Below, one piece after another: positions 1-13,100 of a DNA stretch of 64,000 nt (within the stretch, counting starts at the first letter, position 1; each line of letters opens with the position of its first letter). Under the pieces are notes generated by a model. The model made no database searches and was not told the origin of the DNA. It saw only the letters and a program-made list of their open reading frames with translations. Where the stretch lies: positions 80,978 through 144,977 of the forward strand of contig NMRA01000766.1 in NCBI GenBank assembly GCA_002633005.1, given 5' to 3'. Origin of the DNA: Phoronis australis (taxonomy: Eukaryota > Animalia > Phoronida). The position numbers and the translations under genes are program-made.

Positions 1-1057
1 TTTCCTAAAAGTTACTGGACCTAATTTCGGTGAATGAAACACTTAAAATTCAAAATAAACCAAATTTTATGTAAGTTATTCTTGGAGAGGAATCATGATC
101 TCCAATCTGGTACAAATATTCCTAATTTGATGTCCTTGCATTCTCTACCAATTATTGCAAACAATTTAATCGGTGGCCCTAGAATAGCAATGTTTGTCAG
201 ACTGCCTACTTTTTGTCACATTAATTTTGTCAGTTAAGAACAGATTGATGTTTTTGTCGAAAACACTCAGTGAAAACTTGTGAAAGTTTATTCCAAGCAA
301 TTCGAAACCTATCACGAAAGGCAAAAATCAACAATTCAGCAACTTTAAATGACGTTGATGTACAATATTGAAATTTGATGTCAATATTTTTATTTGAAAT
401 TAGTTAAACTTGTTTGTTTTGTCTGTTGTTTTGTTCACCGTCACCATGGGGACCAGAGGTCTGTTGCAAGTATGATGATAACAATATTTCATTTTGTATG
501 TTGAGCACATGTCATTAAGAACTACGTCTAATTTCTCGATGAGTAATGTTTAATGCCTTTTAACAGTTGGGATTCGAACAGCCAGTAGCCACAGTTCCTG
601 AACTTTTTTGACTTCTTTTGTTTGGGAAGTAAGGAATTAAGTTGGACACTATATTATGATAGAATGTGCTACCTATTGTACAGTTAAACAAAAAAATTGC
701 TATGTCGGCTATATTTAAGTCTGTAGTCTATTAGAACTGGATCCATCTTTAAAATTTGAACCCTTTTAGTGTTTGAGTGAAAAAATTGGCTAATTGCCAA
801 CAGAATAAAAGAGAAACTGCATTGCTACTGCTGATTCCTTTTTAGGCGTGCTGGACCACAATAATCTGTTGACAAAGCTTGTGTACTTAATTCCCACAAG
901 AGCGCTTATCTGACTAATCTTAACCCCTCAAAGGAATCTCCTCAGTTTTGAATAAGGGAGCGACAAATTTTCAGCCTTTTAGCCTTTTCACTGAGCTCAG
1001 TTATTTAGCAGAATTGTCGAACTTGTGTAATGATAACTCTGTTTATCTTGTGCTTAG

Positions 1058-1186
1058 CTGATGGTGAGCCTTGCAAACTCGGAGGGAAGAAATGTGGTAG
1101 TAATGCTCACTGTGTGGTGTCTCATGATGGCAGTCGATCATGCGTATGCTATACTGGGTACACAATGGTAGATGGAGTTTGTAAAG
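1058..1186 (+). CDS. EGF-like exon (phase 1-1) of the Pif-like gene
   Basis: tgcttag|ct acceptor, aaag|gtaagg donor; encodes DGEPCKLGGKKCGSNAHCVVSHDGSRSCVCYTGYTMVDGVCK (6 Cys). Confidence 0.85.
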
Positions 1187-4100
1187 GTAAGGAACTGGTG
1201 TGTTGGAAGGGGGGGGGGAGTGTTGTGAGTAGTAGCCACTGTGTAGTGTCTAATGATGGTAGTCGATCATGTGAATGTTATACTGGGTACACAATGGTAG
1301 ATGGAGTTTGTAAAGGTAAGGAACTGGTGTGTTGGAAGGGGGGGGGGAGTGTTGTGAGTAGTAGCCACTGTGTAGTGTCTAATGATGGTAGTCGATCATG
1401 TGAATGTTATACTGGGTACACAATGGTAGATGGAGTTTGTAAAGGTAAGGAACTGGTGTGTTGGAAGGGGGGGGGGAGTGTTGTGAGTAGTAGCCACTGT
1501 GTAGTGTCTAATGATGGTAGTCGATCATGTGAATGTTATACTGGGTACACAATGGTAGATGGAGTTTGTAAAGGTAAGGAACTGGTGTGTTGGAAGGGGG
1601 GGGGGAGTGTTGTGAGTAGTAGCCACTGTGTAGTGTCTAATGATGGTAGTCGATCATGTGAATGTTATACTGGGTACACAATGGTAGATGGAGTTTGTAA
1701 AGGTAAGGAACTGGTGTGTTGGAAGGGGGGGGGGAGTGTTGTGAGTAGTAGCCACTGTGTAGTGTCTAATGATGGTAGTCGATCATGTGAATGTTATACT
1801 GGGTACACAATGGTAGATGGAGTTTGTAAAGGTAAGGAACTGGTGTGTTGGAAGGGGAGGAGGGTATTTTGAGTAGTACCCACTGTGTAGTGTCTAATGA
1901 TGGTAGTCAATCATGTGTATGCTATACTGGGTACACAATGGTAGATGGAATGTGTAAAGGTAAGGAACTGGTATGTTGGAAGGGGGGAGGGTGTTTTGAG
2001 TAGTACCCACTGTGTAGTGTCTAATGATGGTAGTCGATCATGTGTATGTTATACTGGGTACACAATGGTAGATGGAATGTGTAAAGGTAAGGAACTGGTA
2101 TGTTGGAAGGGGGACGGGGAGTGTTATAAATAGTGCCCACTGTGTCCAGTGTTGGCTTGAGAATGTGAGTGGTAGATGGAGTGTAGGCATTGTGTCTTGT
2201 GAAAAATGATACTAGGTACATAAAGATAGGTGGAGCGTTTGATACTGAATGTCTGTTGGTAGACATGGTGTGTAAAGGTTAAATACTTGAAGAAACTTGT
2301 TGTAATGAGAGTTTTGCTCTGCCCACCATGCAATGTTAGGGGATTGGGCCATACAAAATAAATTAGAAAATAATATGATTACATTTGTGCTACTTTGACT
2401 CACCAAGTTTGTCTAGCTTATTCTACTGCCTTTTGCATAATTTTGTGTTTTTTGTCTGATTTCTTATAAACCTGACATGCCTCCTAAGGACTTCCAGGCA
2501 CAATATCGTAATCCCACACGCAATGTATTTACTTCTCATTTCCAGCCAAATGTGGTCAACCTTGCCCTATCTCTCATGGCTCTGTAACCACAAGTGGTCC
2601 ATATGTTGCCGGGAACGTTGCCAAATATGTCTGTGACAGTGGCTACTACATGACCGGCTATGACAGCATCACGTGTCTAGATAATGGTCAATGGACACCT
2701 TTGACTGCCGTCTGCAAAGGTAGGACTAGGTCTTTTGTTATAGAAGAAAGCTTGCAGTTATTTGATAAAACAAAATTTTGCTAAGTTTGTTGCCCTGTTG
2801 TTATGTGAGTGTGATCGTTTAGTATCATTTTCATTCCAAATCAACTGGCCAGTCTTTAAATTGACTGGCAAATCATAATTTGACTGAAGATTCAGTTCAG
2901 ATATCCAAGTTTGCTAAATACAGTTCAGTGATTACTTCTGGGGCTTAAGATATGCAGTTACGAACTGTTGGAAAAGTGTGATGGCCAAACACTTGAGCTA
3001 ATTATGATTACTGTGTGGTGTAGGTTTAACTGGATAATCAGCATGTGGTGAACATCCTTTAAACAAGATTCCCTCACTCCGGACCACTTTAGTCCACAGC
3101 TTGTGTTGTGAGTCGGTGATGCCTTTGTTTAACTGATAAGCCATGCTGGAAATTACGTTCCAATGAATAGCTCAAGGCTTGGGTTTTTATTTACAAAATC
3201 GCTATTACTTGACCAATTTTGAAAATTCAAGAATGCATGTAGTCTAATTTTTACTCCTCTATTCAAATTTTCCTTCAATTTTCATGTCCCAAAAAGAAAA
3301 TGGAAAAATAAAGCCTAGATGCTTTCAAGCCCTCAATTTAGATCAGGGGCCCATTCCAATAAAACTGACTTAGCTAAGACAAATCTTAAATTTTAGTAAA
3401 TTTTAAGATAAAACTTAAATTTGTCTCGAGACTGTTTTCAGCAAGAGATCCTAAGTTTGAATTAAGTTTTGGATAAAAGTTCAATCTTAATTTTAACTAT
3501 GTGACTGGATGTGTAATTTTCAAAGTATGGAAGTTAAGACAAATCTTAGACTTAAGTCAAAAATGAACTTAAGTCAGTTTCTTGGAACGGGCCCCTGATC
3601 TCTGATAACAAAAAGTAATTACCATCACTATGTGTCCTTGTGAATAGGGTCACTCTGTTGATGACAAGCCCACTATTAAGAATGGACTGTGGATAGAGCC
3701 AGGTCCAGCTGACCACATAATCTATGATATTGGAGAATTTCAAAAAGTTCTCCAAATCGATCCTTATCTCAGTTTAGAGGGAATGTTTACAGCATGAGTG
3801 GTCTCTCGCAGTACTGGGTAATACTGTATTCCCTGTTTGTCGGTGTTTCAGCTGAGTGCGAGACTCCTGACAATATCCCGCACGGGTCTATATCTGCCAG
3901 TGGACCATACTATGCTGGTGTTGTGGTAAAATACACTTGTGACAGTGGCTACAAACTGTTTGGAAAAGCGAGCATCACGTGTCAAGACAACGGGCTGTGG
4001 ACGCCCACTTTAGCGCAGTGTAAAGGTATACACAATTACACAGTTACACAATTACACAATTACAGGCTATTGATGAAATGTTGTGGCGCACCTTTTATGA

Positions 4101-7100
4101 TGGTCTATTACCGATGAAGAAAAAAATGAGTAAAAAAACAGTTGATTTTGTTGAAATGTCAAAGGTTAATCAAAGTTCATAATGAATGAATTTTTTATTT
4201 TGCATCAGGCATGAAATGGCAGGCGTTTTGCAGATAGAAACTATCAGATACCGTATTGCAAAAGGTCATGAAAAGTGTTACAATTTTGACTTTTCATTAT
4301 TTATTTGAGGGTTTATGGTACACTCAATAATGGTTCTTCATAATGGCCTTAAGCTGTTGCTGTAAACAATGTGGTCTGAGCCTCTGCTTGTGTCTTACTT
4401 TGTCCCTTGGTCTCTCCCCAGATAGTTGTAGTGAGCCTACGCCTATTGCAAACGGAGTTGTCTCATCTATGGGCCCATACTATGCAGGAGATAAGGCCAC
4501 GTACACATGTAAAGATACGTACACGCTGACAGGGGACAGCACTATCACGTGCAAAGATGGCGGCGTATGGACTCCAACCACTGCTATGTGTAAAGGTAAG
4601 TGTGATGAGGGGTCTAATGGTGTTTTGTTTGTATTGCGGCTAAATCACAGGAGAGACCTTCCTCAAGGTTAGGGTAGTTTTTACCTTATTATTTTTCCCA
4701 CAGTTTAAAGACAACTATTGTGTTGCATTTTCTAACTAAAGGTAAAGTGCAACTTAACTAACTACGATAAAAAATTCTCCAATTTTTAGACAGTGAAAAA
4801 CTAGTTATTTTGCTCAAGGTTGGAGCTGATCCCAAATTCTTAAAAATAGGCAATATTGGCTGTTCCAAATTTAAAAATCACTTGAAAATAGCAAAATTAC
4901 CTTCTCTGTAGAATAAATTAGATAGAAAACATTGTCCAAAATTTGAAAAATATTTATGCCAAAATTACCCGTCCCAAATTTTTTGGGGAGTTTCTGTGTC
5001 CCAAATTAGAGAATTTTTACCATGATAAGTCATTGTAATGTAATCACTCGTGGCATTCTTGAACAATAAATGTCAACACAGAGGTGGATAATTGCCAAGT
5101 AAAAATATTTCGCCTCACCTAATTCACATCCCCTCAGTTTTGCACCTTGGAAAATTCCAAAATGAACTCCTATCTTTGATTCTAGTAATACACGCCACTT
5201 TAAGCTTGTTAATAATGTCTGAGCTCTGTTTATTCCCCTCTTCATCTGTATGGGATATATCATGCTGTTGCAAACACAAGGGGAAAGAGGCGGCCTAGAT
5301 GACTGTCGTGATCCAGAGGCATTTGCTCAGCAGAAAATTTCACCAGCAATTGGCAACCTATAGGCCTCATTTTGGTAAATTGGCACATGGCCATATGGCG
5401 GTACCTGTTATTCATTTCTTTTAATTTACTCACCAGTCCATCACGAAGACTGAATGTTCAGTTTATTTTGCATGGTCGAACTATTGGGAAATGGAATTTA
5501 ATTTTAAAAATTTGTGTGTGAAATCAGTGCAGAATTACTGTAGCATTATTATTTTAATCGTCCAAGTACCCCCAAAAATGTACTGTTACACAACATAGAG
5601 GAGGGTGCTATACGGGATATGCAATACGGCCATTACTTCACTCCATTTAACTATAGATGAATAGTATACATCAAGCAGAAGTGAGCTGTAATCAAAATAT
5701 GGTTATTTTTCTTAGATTTTTATGAAACCTCAATCCGCTCCTTTGCTTGCTTCAGCGGAGTGCAGCGAACCTCCGACCATTACACACGGTTCATTCTCTA
5801 CCAGTGAGCCTTACATCACTGGCGTCGTGACCACATATACATGTGATGATGGGTTTTCTCTGATTGGCTCAAATACGATCACATGTCAAAGTAATCACAA
5901 GTGGTCACCAGCCCCACCTCAGTGTAAAGGTGAGTTCCTGAGCTTGGAGTGAATTTCCATGTAGTTATGTGTCACACTTACAATGCAATTGATTTGACAC
6001 TTACGCTGGGGCATCACTAGTTAGATGGTGTAAAATTTGTAAGTGAAGATTGTCACCATATTTACCTTGGTCACCTTGAGATATTCCATAGTTTATTTCC
6101 AATCATTTTCATATCGTTATTCTGCTCAGACGTACTTCTTGGGACCTCTTGATCAACCTGCAGAAAATTGCTGTGCCCATTGGAGTTCATTGATATCTTA
6201 TAAAGAGGGTATCATAGCTACTGTAACATTGCTATGCTTAACATTTCTCTGTTCTTTGTCTTTAGCCAAGTGTAGTGACCCCAGCCCTATCCCCTATGGA
6301 TCTGTGTCTTCAACTGGTCCCTATGTGGCTGGGGACAAGGCCACATTTGTCTGCCAGTCTGGTTATCACCTGATTGGTGACGACACCATAACTTGTAAGA
6401 ATGATGGAACATGGACACCCACCCAGGCTGTATGTAAAGGTAAACAACTTCGGAGCTCTATTATACTATCATGTTGTTCAGATTACTTTGTGAAAAGGAA
6501 GACACCTGGTAATCTTAAAGGATTAATGGGAGACATTGCCAGCCACCTTTATCTGGTCATAACTAGAGCTGAAACAATCCGTCAAGTACATTCTGTTAGT
6601 AGATTGATGAAGCTCTGACTTTAATCATTGTCTTTTATTGCTCTCAATCTAAAAATGGTTTTCCTCCTTATACAATTATTCTGGAGCAAAGTAAAACTTG
6701 TATAAAGATAACCAACCTTTTTAATGAATCAATTTCTAGGTAAATGCGATGCCCCACCATCCATTTCACATGGTTCAGTGTCGGCCAGTGAACCATATGT
6801 AACAGGATCTACTGCCACATACTCATGTGATTATGGCTTCAAACTTGTTGGTTCAAGTACTGTCACATGTCAGAACACAGGAGAGTGGAGCCCAGCGCCA
6901 CCTACATGCAAAGGTAAACATTGTCAAGAATAAAGTCTTGCTGGTTTTGTCAAACATTTTCAGTGTGTTTTTGTGTGTTTGACTTTTGATAATGTTATAT
7001 AGAGAGTAACCTTTCTACATAACATTGCTATGCTTAACATTTCTCTATTCTTTGTCTTTAGCCAAGTGCAGTGACCCCAGCCCTATCCCCCATGGATCTG

Positions 7101-10100
7101 TGTCTTCAACTGGCCCCTATGTGGCTGGGGACAAGGCCACATTTGTCTGCCAGTCTGGTTATCACCTGATTGGTGACGACACCATAACTTGTAAGAATGA
7201 TGGAACATGGACACCTACCCAGGCTGTATGTAAAGGTAAACAATTTAACCAGAGCTTTAGTGCTGTATACTGCAGAATGTGAAACTTCTTGAAGTGAGAG
7301 ATGAGCAATAATTTTAAAGGATTGATGCGAACTGGCTCTTTTTATCTCTAGTCGTGACTAGATCAGAAACAATTCATCAAGAACATTTTTTTTGTGGAAT
7401 GGCTTAGTTGTGTTATATGTGTCATTGGCTTTGTGGCTTAAATCACATTGTTTTTGATTGCTGTTAATCAATTCACTACTTTCGTTCACATATTTATTCT
7501 GAAGCAAAGGAAAAGCTGTATATTAAGATAACCAACCTTTCTAATGAATCCATTTCTAGTTAAATGCGGTGCCCCACCATCTATTTCACATGGTTCAGTG
7601 TCGGCCAGTGAACCATATGTAACAGGATGTACTGCCACATACTCATGTGATTATGGCTTCAAACTTGTTGGTTCAAGTACTGTCACATGTCAGAACACAG
7701 GAGAGTGGAGCCCAGCGCCACCTACGTGCAAAGGTATACATTGTCAAAAATAAAATCTTTCTGGTTTTGTCAAATGCTTCCAGTTTTTTGCGTGTTTGAC
7801 CTTTGAGAGTGTTACTCTTCTCTTGGCACATCTTATGTCATGGCTGTCTGTATTTCGGAACTTTGCTATAATTCTGATTGAATTTGTCTTTTATTATTTT
7901 TGTAGAATCAGTTTTATGAACTGATGGCTTGTTGTTTGAGTTCTAACCATCCATCCACTTAGTCCATATTCTAAAATGATCAGTCAAGTAAACTAGTGTA
8001 CAGAATATTGATCTAGTTATTGGGGTCTTTTACAGTCATCATTTGACCTAGTTATTGGGGTCTTTTATGGTCATCATGCACAAAAACTGATGGTTCCATT
8101 GGCTGCATTGATGACTTAACGACAGTAACACTTTTCTGCGTAACAATTTTTTTATTCTTTGTATGCAGCCAAGTGCAGTGAACCCACCCCTATCCCCTAT
8201 GGATCTGTGTCTTCAACTGGCCCCTACGTGGCTGGGGACGAGGCCACATTTGTGTGCCAGTCTGGTTATCACCTGATTGGTGACGACACCATAACTTGTA
8301 AGAATGATGGAACATGGACACCCACCCAGGCTGTGTGTAAAGGTAAACAACTTCGGAGCTCTATTACACTATCATGTTGTTCAGATTACTTTGTGAAATG
8401 GAAGACACCCGGTAATCTTAAAGGATTAATGGGAGACATTGCCAGCCATCTTTATCTGGTCATAACTAGAGCTGAAACGATCTGTCGAGTACATTCTGTT
8501 AGTAGATTTATGAAGCTGTGACTTTAATCATTGTCTTTTATTGCATATAAAAATGGTTTTCATCCTCATACAATTATTCTGGAGCAAAGTAAAACTTGTA
8601 TAAAGATAACCAACCTTTTTAATGAATCAATTTCTAGGTAAATGCGATGCCCCACCATCCATTTCACATGGTTCAGTGTCGGCCAGTGAACCATATGTAA
8701 CAGGATCTACTGCCACATACTCATGTGATTATGGGTTCAAACTTGTTGGTTCAAGTACTGTCACATGTCAGAACACAGGAGAGTGGAGTCCAGCGCCACC
8801 TACATGCAAAGGTAAACATTGACAAGAATAAAGTCTTGCTGGTTTTGTCAAACATTTTCAGTGTTTTTGTGTGTTTGACTTTTGATAGTGTTATATAGAG
8901 AGTAACCTTTCTACATTAACATTGGTGCGCTTAACATTTATCTATTCTTTGTCTTAAGCCAAGTGTAGTGACCCCAGCCCTATCCCCCATGGATCTGTGT
9001 CTTCAACTGGCCCCTATGTTGCTGGGGACAAGGCCACATTTGTCTGCCAGTCTGGTTATCATCTGATTGGTGACGACACCATAACTTGTAAGAATGATGG
9101 AACATGGACACCCACCCAGGCTGTGTGTAAAGGTAAAAATATAACTAGAGCTTTTCTGTATACTGCAGGATGTGAAAGTTCTTGAAATGAGAGATGTGCA
9201 ATAATTTTAAAGGATTGATGCGAACTGGCTCTTTTCATCTCTAGTCGTGACTAGATCGGAATCAATTCATCAAGAACATTTTGTTTGTAGATTGGCTTAG
9301 TTGTATTATATGTGTCATTGGCTTTGTGGCTTAAATCATAATGTTTTTGATTGCTGTTAATCAATTAACTACTTTCGGTCACATACATTTATTCTGAAGC
9401 AAAGGAAAAGCTGTATATTAAGATAACCAACCTTTTTTATGAATAAATTTCTAGGTAAATGCGATGCCCCACCATCCATTTCACATGGTTCAGTGTCGGC
9501 CAGTGAACCATATGTAACAGGATCTACTGCTACATACTCATGTGATTATGGCTTCAAACTTGTTGGTTCAAGTACCGTCACATGTCAGAACACAGGAGAG
9601 TGGAGCCCAGCGCCACCTACGTGCAAAGGTAACCATCAATAAATATTAAGAGAATCTTCATGGTTTTGTCAAATTTGATCAATTTTTTTTAACCTTTGAG
9701 AGTGTTACTCTAAAGTTCTCTTGTGAAAAGGTTATTACTAGCGGTACTTATTGTGATTTGATCGTTTGCATTCCAGAAATTTGTTATAATTCTGGCCACA
9801 TTCCTCTTTGATTATTTCTCGATACTCATCTGCTTGGTTGTTGTATGTATTTTATACCATCGAACTCCCTAATCAATATGCTAAAATGATAACCAGTCAA
9901 ATAAATTCCGTAAAGAAAGTAGACCTACTTAATGGGAATGTTTTATAATCGTGTTCATACACAAAACTGCTGAGTCCATTGTGGTTCGTTGATATCTTAT
10001 ATAGAGAGTAACATTAATGCTGTGTTTAACTGCTACTGTGACATTTCTCTGCTGAGCAGTTCCCTCTAAATGGTATTTCTGTATTCTTTCAGCTAAGTGC

Positions 10101-13100
10101 AATGACCCCAGCCCTATCCCCTATGGATCTGTGTCTTCAACTGGCCCCTACGTGGCTGGGGACAAGGCCACATTTGTGTGCCAGTCTGGTTATCACCTGA
10201 TTGGTGACAACACCATAACTTGTAAGAATGATGGAACATGGACACCCACCCAGGCTGTGTGTAAAGGTAAACAACTTCAGGACTTTAGTATAATGTATGG
10301 GAATACTTTGTAAAATGAAAGACGTCCAGTAATCCTAAAAGGTTATTTAGAGGCTAGTCGTTCCATCTCTAGTTGTGACTAATTATCTAGTCATGACTAA
10401 GAGCTGATACACTGTCCATCCAGTACATTCTGTTTTAGTAGATTGACTTAGCCTGCCTGTTGTTCAGACTTTGTACATTAAACCATTGTATTTTGTTTCT
10501 ATCAATTAAAGAATGGCTTCCCATCACATACATTTGTTGTGGAGCAAAATGAAAAGGTGTATAAGAAAACCATGACCCTTGTTGATTAATGTTATCAATT
10601 CTATTTATAGGTAAATGCGATGCCCCACCATCTATTTCACATGGTTCAGTGTCGGCCAGTGAACCATATGTAACAGGATCTACTGCCACATACTCATGTG
10701 ATTATGGCTTCAAACTTGTTGGTTCAAGTACTGTCACATGTCAGAACACAGGAGAGTGGAGCCCAGCGCCACCTACATGCAAAGGTAACCATAGTAAAGA
10801 AGAAATTTCTCATGGTTTTGTCTAATGTTATCAAGCTTTTTTGACATTTGAGGGTGTTCTCTAAAGTTCTCTTGTCAAAGCGTTATGGTAGTTGTGAGTT
10901 GATTGTCAGCATTCCAGAGCTTTGCTATAATTCTGATCGCATTCCTCTTTGATTATTTCTCTAGAATCAACTGTTTGTTTCTTGTGTTTAAGGCCATCCA
11001 ACCCGTTAACCAGTATGCTAAAACTATTGTGTGTCAAACAAATTTTGTAAGAAAATTGACTTGATGGAGCTGTTTTATAATGATATTCATACCCGAAACT
11101 ACTTCGTCTATTGTGGTTTGTTCATTTGTGATATTGAGAGTAACATTGCTATTGCTATTGTAACATTGCTCCGCTGAGCATCCCTGTCAATGGCATTTTT
11201 CTATTCTTTGTCTTTAGCCAAGTGCAGTGACCCCAGCCCTATTCCCCATGGATCCGTGTCTTCAACTGGTCCCTATGTTGCTGGGGACAAGGCCACATTT
11301 GTCTGCCAGTCTGGCTATCATCTGATTGGTGACGACACCATAACTTGTAAGAATGATGGAACATGGACACCCACCCAGGCTGTGTGTAAAGGTAAAGATC
11401 TTCAGAACTGTTGTATAATGTAATGTAGAATGGGAATACTTTGTAAAATGGAAGACACTCAGTAGTCCTAAAGGGTTAGTGGGAGACTGCTTCTTCCATC
11501 TTTAGTTGTGACTAATTATCTAGTCATGAGCAGAGCTGATACGTTCCCTCAAATACATTCTGTTAGTAGATTGACTTACCAGACTTCCTGTTATTCAGAC
11601 ATATTTTATTTCTGTCAGTCAAAGAATGGCTTCCCACCACATTCCTTTAATATGGAGCAAGAGGAAAGATGTATAAAAAACCAAGAACCATTTTAAATTA
11701 TTCTATTTATAGGTAAATGCGATGCCCCACCATCCATTTCACATGGTTCAGTGTCAGCCAGTGAACCATATGTAACAGGATCTACTGCCACATACTCATG
11801 TGATTATGGCTTCAAACTTGTTGGTTCAAGTACTGTCACATGTCAGAACACAGGAGAGTGGAGCCCAGCGCCACCTACGTGCAAAGGTAATCATTGTCAA
11901 TAATAAATATAGTCGTCCTTGTTGTACCAAATGTTTTCAGGATTTTTTAGTTTGACATATTATTTAAGGGTGTTATCATAAAGTTCTCTTGTCAGCGTTA
12001 TTACTGTACATCTGGTGATTTGGCCATTTCGATTGTCTTCGAACTTTGCTATAATTCTGATCCCTATAGCAATTAATTATTTCTGTAGAGTCAATTTTGT
12101 GAATTGTTGACTTGTGTGTCTTCTACCCAACCAACTCCTTACTCTGTACTCTAAAACCATAAAGAAAATTGATCTACTTAATGCTGTTCCTATAGTCATC
12201 ATCATGCACAAAACATCTTGGTCTAATGTTGTTCATTGATATGTTGTAGAGAGCACAACATTGGTAGAGTAACAGCGCTCTTCTTAACATTTCTCTATTC
12301 TTTGTCTTTAGCCAAGTGCAGTGACCCCACCCCTATCCCCTATGGATCCGTGTCTTCAACTGGCCCCTACGTGGCTGGGGACAAGGCCACATTTGTCTGC
12401 CAGTCTGGTTATCACCTGATTGGTGACGACACCATAACTTGTAAGAATGATGGAACATGGACACCTACCCAGGCTGTGTGTAAAGGTAAATAAGTTCATA
12501 GCTCTTGTACAATATCCTGTAGTTTAGAATACTTTGTGAAATGGGAGATGTCCTGTAATCTTGAAATGCGGGCCTCCATTTGGGGCACCCGCTTACTGTC
12601 TGCCTTGTCTGTAAATGATCTATCTATAGTATGTTAATCGATCCCTGAAGTGACGTCCACCATGCATCTATATCTTCTTAAACCTGTTGTTCTCGTTTTT
12701 GTTCAATCTTCATTGTTATGCAGTGACATAATACACTGGAGAGAGTGTGGTCACTTAAACCAAGAACAAGAAGAGGCTAGTTGGAGACGACGCTGGCCAT
12801 CTGTAGTTTTGATTACATCTGAATCGATTCATTAAAAATATTCTTTTTGTGGAATGACTTGGTTGAATGTATAATTTCTGTCATTTGCTTTATGGTTTAA
12901 ATCACAGTATTTCATTGCTGTCAATCAATTCACCGCTCTCCATCACATACATTTATTCCAAAGCAAAGTAAAATGTTTATATTAAGATAACCAACCTTTT
13001 TCATGAATAAATTTCTAGGTAAATGCGATGCCCCACCATCCATTTCACATGGTTCAGTGTCGGCCAGTGAACCATATGTAACAGGATCTACTGCAACATA

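Noticed and set aside
1030-1872. 280-aa ORF as a stand-alone Cys-rich gene
   Set aside because: The ATG lies in the polypyrimidine tract upstream of an acceptor; the ORF is one exon plus read-through of a tandem repeat.
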